64,000 nucleotides of DNA from the human T2T-CHM13v2.0 reference genome, Homo sapiens: assembly GCF_009914755.1 (NCBI RefSeq), contig NC_060927.1. One strand, given 5' to 3'. A program made the translations under genes and the position numbers. Positions 54,189 to 64,000 of the stretch are shown piece by piece. The notes below the pieces were generated by a model. It worked only from the letters and a program-made list of their open reading frames with translations, was not told the DNA's origin and ran no database searches. The stretch's first letter is position 1; each line of letters begins with the position of its first letter.

Positions 54189-54345
54189 TAATCATGTGTT
54201 GCTTAATAATGTGAATGCATTCTGAGAAATGTGTCATTAGGCAATTTCATCATTGTGTAGAATCATAGAGTTTGCTTACATAAACATAGATAACACAACC
54301 TTGTACATACTGTGGCTAAATGGAGACTGTTGCTCCCAGGCTACT
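54189..54345 (-). mobile_element. Tigger3-family terminal fragment
   Basis: TCATGTGTTGCTTAA...CATTCTGAGAAATGTGTCATTAGGCAATTT is the reverse complement of the Tigger3b right end seen at about 16200-16380. Confidence 0.8.
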
Positions 54346-55148
54346 TATGCACCATGCTACTGATGCTTCTGAACAACCAATGTGTCAAATAAGAAATTAA
54401 AAGGAAAATTTCAAAATATCTTGAGGTAAATGAAAACATAACATATCAAAACTTATGGGATACAGCAAAAGTTCTAAGATAAATATTTATAAAAATACAC
54501 ACTCACATTAAAAGAGCAGAAAGATTTCAAATAACATTATACCTGAAGTAAATAGGAAAAGAACAAACTAAACAAGTTAGATGCAAAAATTCTCAACAAA
54601 ATACTAGCAAACCAAATCCAACAGCATATCAAAAAGATAATACACTGTGATCAAGTAAGGTTTATTCCAGGTTGTTAAGATGGTTTCACATATGAAAATC
54701 AATAAATGTGATACATCACCATCAACAGAATGACAAAAAAACCATATGATCATTGCAATAGCTACAGATAAATAACCTGTTAAAATTGAACAGCCTTTTT
54801 TGATTAAAAAAACTCAACAAAATAGACATTGAAGGACTATATCTTAAAATCATAAAGGCCATATATGACAAACTTACCGGTAACATGATACTGAAAGTGG
54901 AAAAGTTGAAATATTCCCTTTAAGATCTGGATCAAGGCAAGGATGCATACTTTCCCCACTTCCCTTTAACATAGTACTGGAAATTCTAGCCAAAACAGTA
55001 AGGTAAGAAAAAGAAAGAAAGACATTTAAATTGGAAAAGAGGCATTTAAATTGTCCCTCTTTGTTGATGACAGGAACTTGTATCTAGGAAAAAAAAACAT
55101 AAAATTTTTAGAACTCATTAAGTCATTACATTTGCAGGTCACAAAATC

Positions 55149-55801
55149 AGGATGTGGAGAAATAGGAACACTTTTACACTGTTGGTGGGACTGTAAACTA
55201 GTTCAACCATTGTAGAAGTCAGTGTGGCAATTCCTCAAGGATCTAGAACTAGAAATAGCATTTGACCCAGCCATCCCATTACTGGGTATATTCCCAAAGG
55301 ATTATAAATCATGCTGCTATAAAGACACATGCACACGTATGTTTATTGTGGCACTATTCACAATAGCAAAGACTTGGAACCAACCCAAATGTCTAACAAT
55401 GATAGACTGGATTAAGAAAAGGTGGCACATATACACCATGGAATTCTATGCAGCCATAAAAAATGATGAGTTCATGTCCTTTGTAGGGACATGGATGAAG
55501 CTGGAAACCATCATTCTCAGCAAAGTATCGCAAGGACAAAAAACCAAACACCGCATGTTCTCACTCATAGATGGGAATTGAACAATGAGAAGACAGGGAC
55601 ACAGGAAGGGGAATGTCACACACCAGGGCCTGTTGTGGGGTGGGGGAATGGGGGAGGGATAGCATTAGGAGATAAACCTAATGTTAAATGACGAGTTAAT
55701 GGGTGCAGCACACCAACATGGCACATGTATACCTATGTAACAAACCTGCACGTTGTGCACTTGTACCCTAAAACTTAAAGTATAATTAAAAAAAAAAAAA
55801 A
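55149..55801 (+). mobile_element. Young L1PA (PA3/PA4-like) 3' fragment with ORF2 C-terminus and poly(A)
   Basis: ORF 55222-55581 WQFLKDLELEIAFDPAIPLLG...HRMFSLIDGN* is the ORF2p C-terminus; GCAAGGACAAAAAACC, TAAATGACGAGTTAATGGG, CCCTAAAACTTAAAGTATAAT then poly(A). Confidence 0.95.
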
Positions 55802-56015
55802 GTGTGCAGCACCACTCTGCTCTCTCTCTTTCTCCTGCTCTGGCCATGTAAAACATGCCTGCTTCCCCTTTGCTTTCCATCACGATTATAAATTTCCTGA
55901 GTCTTCCCCAGCCATGCTTCCTGTAAGTCTGTGGAAACTTGAGCCAATTAAAACTCTTTATAAATTACCCAGGCTCAGGTATTTAATTATGGCAATGTGA
56001 GAACAGACTAATACA
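55802..56015 (+). mobile_element. 3' half of an MST/THE1 MaLR LTR
   Basis: CCTGCTTCCCCTTTGC, ATAAATTACCCAGGCTCAGGTATTT, terminal GACTAATACA; the 5' half is absent. Confidence 0.88.
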
Positions 56016-56782
56016 AAGACACATGAATGTCCAACAGGTATATGAAAAAAAGTTTTGCATCACTAATCATCAGAGGAGTGAAAAGTAAAACTACAATGAG
56101 ATACCACTTCACCCCAGTTAAAATCTTTTATGGAATAGGCAGCCTATAACAGGTTCTGGCAAGGATGTGAAGAAATGGGAGTTCTCATATGCTGGTGGTG
56201 GAAAGGTAAATGTGTACTGCTACTAAGGAAAACAATATGTAGGTTTCTCAAAAAACTAAAAATGGAATTACCATAATATTCAGAAGTACCACAGCTGGGT
56301 ACATATCTTAAAAAGGAAATCAGTATATCAAAGAGAGATCTTCACTAGTATGTTTATTGCATCCCTATTCTCAATCAGGAATCAATGAAAGTGTCCACCA
56401 GCATATGAATGGATAAATAAATGTGGTACATATACACAATGGAATATTATTGAGCCATTAAATGTGAAATTCTGTCACAACAGCATGGATGGAAAATGAC
56501 ACTGTTAAGTGAAATGAGTCAGGCACAGAAAGATAAATATCACATGCTCTCACTCTTAAGTGTGAGCTAAAAAATATTAACCTCATGGGAACAGAGAATA
56601 GAGTGTGGTTAGAGAGGCTGACAAGGATAGTGGGGAGTGAGGAATAAAGGGCATCATCAATTATTACAAAAAACTATATAAAAGAAATAAGATTAGTGTT
56701 CAGTAGCACAATAGGCTGACTGTGGTTAATAATGATTTATGGTATATTTCAAAAAAACCCTAAAATATAGACTGTCCCTAAC

Positions 56783-59457
<2,675 letters not shown>

Positions 59458-59749
59458 CTAACATAAAGAAATGATAAATGCTTGAGGTGATGAATATCAC
59501 AATTACCCTGATTAATCATTATGCATTGTATGGTTTTATCAAAATATCACATGTATACAATAAATATATACTGGTGTATATTCATAACAAGAGTCAACAA
59601 TTAAAATAAATAATTAAAAATTATAAATTTTTTCTTATATTCATGAGTTAATTAGAAGTGTTTTTATTAATTTCTAAACAAATGCATAATTTTTTTCTAC
59701 TTAACTTCTAATTTAATAGTTTCTTGGTTCTAGAACAACATCTGTGTAA

Positions 59750-60019
59750 ACCTTTTAGCAAGGTGTCAGAATACAAAATTATTGTACAAAAATCAGTAGC
59801 ATTTTTATACATCAATGACATTCAGGCTGAGAGTCAAATTAAGAACATTATCCCTTTTATGACAGCCACAAAAAAATTAAATGCCTAGGAATACAGCTAA
59901 CCAAGGAGGTGAAAGATCTCTCCTAGAAGAACTACAAAATACTTTTCAAAGAAATCAGAGATGATACAAATACATGGAAAAACATCCCATACTCATGAAT
60001 TGAAAGAATCAATATCATT
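59750..60019 (+). mobile_element. L1PB/old L1PA ORF2 internal fragment
   Basis: CCTAGGAATACAGCTAACCAAGGAGGTGAAAGATCTC...GAAATCAGAGATGATACAAA; no poly(A). Confidence 0.88.
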
Positions 60020-60029
60020 TATTCTTCAC

Positions 60030-60560
60030 TGATGTAGCTTGTCCTTGTTTTGATTTTGTTCCTTTTTTGTTTCAATAAACAAATAGCTCTATAATTTGTC
60101 AAATTACCAATACATTATTTTATGGTTATTAATTTTTCTGTTCTGTTAAAAAGTTCAATCAATGTCACAGATATATTCTTATATTTATCTTTCAGAGTCT
60201 TTTTTATTTTACCTATAATATACACACTTATAATCCATTTGACTTCATTTTTATGTATGGTCTGAGATAAGCATCAAGTTATGTATTTTTCTACAGTGAT
60301 ACACAATTGACTTAGAAATATTTATTGAAAATACAGTCCTTTTTTACTCTATTTTATATGCATCCAATTAGCATAAATCATATGTTCATATATTTATGGA
60401 TGATTTCTGAACTTTCAATATAATTACTTTGATCTATCTCAATCCATAAGCAAATACTATCCTATCATATTTACTACAATTTTATAATATCTCAGTATTC
60501 AGTGATGTAATCCTTCAACGTTGTATTTTTTTAAATTTGCCTTGGTGATTCTTTCCTTTA
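60030..60560 (-). mobile_element. Ancient L1M ORF2 fragment
   Basis: TATAATCCATTTGACTTCATTTTTATGTATGGTCTGAGATA, TTTATTGAAAA. Confidence 0.65.
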
Positions 60561-61421
60561 TTTGTGAACTAGTGTAAATGTTGTGATGAAAAGAACTACC
60601 ATGTATTTTACATTTATTGAGATAACCAGTTAACATGACTTAACTTTTAAAGTCTTCACCAAAATTTTTTGAGAAAGATTCTGTGTGTGACTGAATATAT
60701 ACATAACTAGCTTGGAAGAGTCTAAAAGACTAAGTGTGGAGTCAAATCCAATTTGTGGGCTAGGTATTATAAAAGCCATAGTAAATAGATATATCCTCTA
60801 CACAATTACTATATACCATAAATTGTATAATAAATTTATTTTAAAATTTCTATCTCCTATATTTTGGAATGCTTTCTTCATTAGTGATGTTCCCTGATTT
60901 CAAGCTTATCAAATATAGGCCATCAATGAATCTAAACTAGTTCAATGTAATAGTTTTTCTTTGTTACAGATCAGAGACATTAACTTCCAAGTCTCAGGAA
61001 AGGGAATTCATGTTACTGAATCTGCCCAAATTGACATTTGTATTTTATCTTCCTTGCTTTAATTGATGTTCTTAGCATTTACATGACCCTTAGTTATTAC
61101 CAAGAAAAATTGGTAAGTACTTGTACCTCTATGGTATATCGTCTTTCTTCCAGAGTAGAACTTTTCTGTGCTATGCCGTTTTTCTATGCAATGCAGTGAT
61201 GACATCTATGTCTCAATAGGGGTCTAGATGGAACTAGATGCAACATGAAACTGACAGTGATTGTTAAGGGCACACATCCTCAGCTTAGGAGGCATGTTCC
61301 AAAAGTTCATAGAAAACCAGAAGAAATAAAAGACCTGGCTATCTGAAATTAGAAGGGATTTGATTATTCTAACAAGGGAAGTTTAGGAAGAATTCCTAAT
61401 CTATACTGTTTTGTTTTTTAG

Positions 61422-61464
61422 TGTGTGTTTGTGTGTGTGTGCACGCACGTGTGTGTGCGTGTGT
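61422..61464. repeat. Imperfect (TG)n / alternating purine-pyrimidine repeat
   Basis: TGTGTGTGTGCACGCACGTGTGTGTGCGTGTG read directly. Confidence 0.8.
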
Positions 61465-62052
61465 ATGATAGTCAAGGACAGATTGTTTAATGCGAAGGAA
61501 TTCCTCCTATCCCTGTACATATACTGCTTTGTAATGAGACTTTTCTAAAACTTTACAGGCTTTCTGAATGTTTTGAGCAATAGAATATAGTGGAAGTGAT
61601 GTTGCATGAATTCGGAGTCCTAGACCTTACAGCTTTCCCCTGCAACCTCAAAAATTCTGCTCTGTTCCATCTTGTAAAGTAGGTCAGGAGAATGAATATA
61701 ATGAAAAAGGGGTCCATCTTTCCAAATGCCCTACCTAAGCCTAACCCCATGTTTACCTTATCCTGATTGCAACCGCGTAAGTGAAAACCGGAAGACCACC
61801 AGAAAAATTATACAACTGACACACAATCAATTAAATCAATTATTTTTAAAAATGAATAAATCATTGCTTCTTTGAAGATTTTCACAGATAAATGAAAGTG
61901 GGATTCAAATATCTCAGACTCACCTGTGTCCTAAATACTTATATTCTATGTCTCAAGATCTCATATTATTTTCAATCAGTAAACTTACCTCCCCATAATA
62001 GACCTGACAGGTACATGTAAAATGTAGTTTATCAAACTAAGAAAATAAATTA

Positions 62053-63286
62053 GGGCAGTGCAAAGATGACTAAGAGGAGCCAGTATGCACTGCTCTCACA
62101 GAGAGGAGATAGAGTGGCAAGTAAATACTAGATCTTCAAGTGGAAGAGCCAGGTGGATACAACAGGATTGATCAAAGAAACAGCTGGACCCAAGAAGAAT
62201 GGAGAGGAGCAAGACAAGATTACTTCCCACCCAGGAGTGGCTCTGAGGCCACCTCATCACATGAAAAGGTGAGTGAGTCAGAATCCCTGTGGACCCTCGC
62301 TTCTGCCATGGACCATTGCAACCTTGGGATCAGGAGATCCCCTTGTGAGTCCACACCACAGCAACATCCAGACTGACCCAGAGAGCTATGTGGAGTCAGG
62401 GCAGAGCTGCCGCTCTGGCATACGTAGAATCCCAGGGAACTTGGACCTCCAGGCATCCTGGCATTAGCAGCTGCATCTCCGGCAATGAGGGAAGTCATGC
62501 TCCCTTGCATGCACCCAAGAAAGAAGCCAAATCCAAGGGACTGGGTAGCAAGAGACTGAAGATCCAGCTTCCACTGCATCTTGGAGGGTAAGGCCCACTG
62601 GCTCAGGACTCCAGCCATTCCCTGCCTGGGCTGTTGGGCCAGTAGCAGCTCTGCATTCTCCTGGGAGTAATTTCCCAGAGAGAGAAGGCTTTCTTTTTTT
62701 TTTTTTTTTTTTTTTTGGTGGTGGGGGGTTGGGGTGGGGGTCGGACAGAGTCTCGCTCTTTTGCCCAGGCTGGAGTGCAGTGGCATGATCTCTGATCTCA
62801 GCTCACTGCAACCTCTGCCACCCAGGTTCAAGCGATTCTCCTGCCTCAGCCTCTCGAGTAGCTGAGACTGCAGATGCACACCATCACGCCTGGCTATTTT
62901 TTTTGTATTTTTAGTAGAGACGGGGTTTTGCCATGTTGGCTAGGCTGGTCTCAACCTCCTGACCTCAAGTGATCTGCCTGCCTCGGCCTCCCAAAGTGCT
63001 GGGATTACAGGTGTGAGCCACCACTCCCTACCGGGCTGCCATTTTTGCTTTCCCACAGTCCTGGCCACTGCTGCCCTCAAGCTGTGGAGGGTATACAGTT
63101 ATTAGAAACTGATGCAATCCCCAGCACAGTGCAACCACCCCATGGAAAGTGGCCAGATTGTTTTCCATGCAGGTCTTAATTCCTGCTTCTGTTCAATGGG
63201 AGGACCTCTTGATTAGGGACTCCTATAATGTACGTGTACATTAATGTACATGTAACCATTAACCTAAAATAAAAGTTTACAAAAAA
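62053..63286 (+). mobile_element. Internally deleted old L1P (L1PA13-17/L1P4-like): 5' UTR fused to extreme 3' end
   Basis: GC-rich L1P 5' UTR (AAGATGACT...GGAAAGTGGCCAGATTG) followed by ACATGTAACCATTAACCTAAAATAAAAGTT and an A tail; AAGAAAAT flanks both sides. Confidence 0.7.
62694..63032 (-). mobile_element. AluSz/Sx element with a C-rich insert before the tail
   Basis: Full dimer, poly(T) on +, G-rich spacer 62717-62740, 7-bp duplication TGATCTC-TGATCTC. Confidence 0.95.
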
Positions 63287-63299
63287 GAAAATTAAGGGA

Positions 63300-64000
63300 A
63301 AACAAAAATATCATTTTAGAATTGAATCCTTGATAGGTAGAGTAAAAATATCTATAAAGTTGTAAATAATATTTAAAGAATAAATGAAAGTTGCCAAAAG
63401 TACAAAAATTAGAAAAGATAAAGCATTACAGAAATGATCTATATATAAGAATACAAGCCCTAGTGTACCTGTAGGTAGATTTTATGTAAAAGAAAAACAA
63501 AATAGACGAGAATAGTTTTTAAAAATATAAACCAAGCAAACTATCTTTCCATAAATATACACACATACTCATAAATTGAATCTCCATATTCAAAATGTAC
63601 TCAGGAGATCTGTTGTTAAGTCATCATTTCTGATAAATGTTCTAGTAATTTAATATGAAAATATATACTGAAGGATTTCAAAGAAATTCTAAGTATATTC
63701 TGAAAGAAAGAAAATTATATTAGGATTAGATTTCTTGGCAAAACCATGTAAAACAACATAACAGTGAAAAGTTATATTTTAAAGCAACTCAATAAAAGAA
63801 AAAGTGATCCAAATATCAATCTTATTGAAAGAGTTTTAAACATTTAGTAACTGGAAGAGAGCTATAGTCGTAGACCTTTTCAAATGACTATACTAGAAGA
63901 TACGCTTCAAGCAACCCATTAATGGCTGAGAAAACTGGCAACATATATGATAGTAAGCATGATTATATTTAATTACTTTAAAGAAAATTATAAAACCAGA
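63300..64000 (+). mobile_element. Ancient L1M ORF1-region remnant
   Basis: A-rich bias, TTAGGATTAGATTTCTTGGCAAAACC motif; highly diverged. Confidence 0.5.

Noticed and set aside
55222-55581. Intact-looking 119-aa CDS
   Set aside because: C-terminal fragment of L1 ORF2p in a 5'-truncated copy with no promoter.
62220-62879. Longest ORF (219 aa)
   Set aside because: Reads through an Alu, its poly(A) and antisense L1 5' UTR; no domain or gene structure.

Overview
AT-rich, repeat-dense primate genomic DNA (Alu, L1PA and HERV-W content points to a catarrhine, probably human). I find no credible host protein-coding gene, RNA gene or prokaryote-type system; the ORF track is explained by retroelement remnants, Alus, simple repeats and chance. 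The centrepiece is a defective HERV-W (LTR17/HERV17) provirus on the minus strand (7991-14539, 4-bp TSD CCAC). It has an intact 3' LTR, an 80-bp 5' LTR stub, microhomology-bounded deletions in gag and pol/env, and a second, divergent RT-connection/RNase H module upstream of gag. Other clear elements: a solo LTR14B-type (HERV-K14) LTR with a 6-bp TSD, a two-LTR MST (MaLR) element with a 5-bp TSD, an ERV1 LTR inside L1MC1, Tigger3b, MER2, MER20, MER58A, MLT1, several L1/L2/MIR copies and about ten Alus. Repair scars are visible (a candidate L1-insertion-associated deletion, a mini-L1 with a palindromic filler, micro-inversions), plus a few non-coding exon candidates. Family names come from recalled consensus sequences, not a database search. 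I did not find convincing evidence of a previously undescribed biological system.
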